The notes under the pieces: generated by a model
The model's input: the letters and a program-made list of their open reading frames with translations, nothing else
Database searches by the model: none
What the model was told of the DNA's origin: nothing
Shown here: piece by piece, positions 63,161 to 64,000 of the stretch
Layout of the letters: every line of letters starts with the position of its first letter
How positions within the stretch are numbered: the first letter of the stretch is position 1
Program-made: the position numbers and the translations under genes
DNA from: Halocafeteria seosinensis
Taxonomy: Eukaryota
Direction of reading: 5' to 3'
Assembly (NCBI GenBank): GCA_001687465.1
Contig: LVLI01000314.1
Coordinates: 1-64,000, forward strand
DNA: 64,000 nt

Positions 63161-64000
63161 CTATCTTGAAGACAGCTTGCCTTTCTTCGAAGCTGATCGA
63201 GCAGCACTTGCTTTAGATCCACTGTTGAACCGGCCGGCGGTCTCCAGAGAGCCTTGAAGCTTCTGATCCGGGTCATAGAATAGGGTGGGCTCCAAGCCAG
63301 CATGCTTCCCTACATCGTTGAGTCGACGTAGTCCCTCTGAGTACACAGCCCACCCTGCGTCCGGCGCACTGTGCAGCTTGACTTTCTTCTGACGTGAAGG
63401 AAACTTGGTACTATCCTCTCCCTCTAAGTGTCCTGTCCTTTTAAAGTTGCGTTTGTTAGATCTATGTAATACATCGACCCCGTGAAGACCTAGTGTCTTC
63501 CCCGGATGGGAACCAACAAAGGAGTTCGTTAACGTAATTGGAGCGCGAGTGCGCTCTTTCACAGGTCTCTTCTCTGAGCTTTCATCATTTTCCGCATCAG
63601 TAGGAGCCGGTACGGAAGTCAATGGAGCGGTTTTGCCTAAGTCTTGAGGGACAAACGACTGTGATACGGCTCTTCGCAGTTGTGCAGTGGAGAACATAAT
63701 GGAAGCAGTATTTGACGGATCACAATCGTTTTCAGTAGTATTTCGTTCCTCCCACAAGTCAAATTCATCTTCGCGTTCAATGTAGTGAATATTACGACGT
63801 AATTCCTCAAACCATTTGCTAAAAGCTGACCAACTCTCATGCTCAATGGCCTTCCAAACACGTACAAGACCACTCCTGCTTCCAGCGTAGAGCATCTGAC
63901 GTTTAGGATGCCATGAACACGAAGAAATACCATCTTTTCGCGAGGCAGTTTCGATTGACTCCAAAAGAGCGTTATCTGATTTGCGGTCTCCATACGAAAC
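63161..64000 (-). CDS. RBBP5: RBBP5/Swd1-like WD40 COMPASS subunit, 3' part (5' end outside window)
   Basis: Last WD repeat SWHPKR...GLVRVW followed by ESWSAF...FEEL..NIHYIEREDEFD. Frame is open to the window edge. Confidence 0.8.
   Translation of the reverse strand, partial: VSYGDRKSDNALLESIETASRKDGISSCSWHPKRQMLYAGSRSGLVRVWKAIEHESWSAFSKWFEELRRNIHYIEREDEFDLWEERNTTENDCDPSNTASIMFSTAQLRRAVSQSFVPQDLGKTAPLTSVPAPTDAENDESSEKRPVKERTRAPITLTNSFVGSHPGKTLGLHGVDVLHRSNKRNFKRTGHLEGEDSTKFPSRQKKVKLHSAPDAGWAVYSEGLRRLNDVGKHAGLEPTLFYDPDQKLQGSLETAGRFNSGSKASAARSASKKGKLSSR

Overview
Gene-dense eukaryotic (protist) nuclear DNA with short GT-AG introns, mostly about 60-75 nt. The ORF track therefore fragments most genes, and I reassembled exons by eye, so starts and splice sites are provisional. 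The bZIP-LOV (aureochrome-type) gene points to a stramenopile. No plastid-related gene is visible, so a heterotrophic stramenopile is possible but not shown. Conserved genes: CLASP, TSTD2/TrhO-like rhodanese, an alpha/beta hydrolase, GPATCH11, an M3 peptidase, NOG1, a PDH E2/E3BP-like subunit, a GT1 glycosyltransferase, Get2/CAML-like, MCM3, mRNA guanylyltransferase, EMG1, a TMTC-like mannosyltransferase and RBBP5 (truncated by the window edge). Accessory content: intronless repeat or surface proteins (GLUG-like, FG-GAP, long TPR), two decayed regions (about 15.2-17.3 kb and 25.8-29.5 kb) and a short dispersed repeat abutting (CA)n. Best leads are the aureochrome-like photoreceptor, a membrane-anchored M3 peptidase, a GLUG protein with a repeated internal signal-like module, and the (TG)n-tailed retroposon-like repeat. 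No rRNA, tRNA or CRISPR array was recognised.
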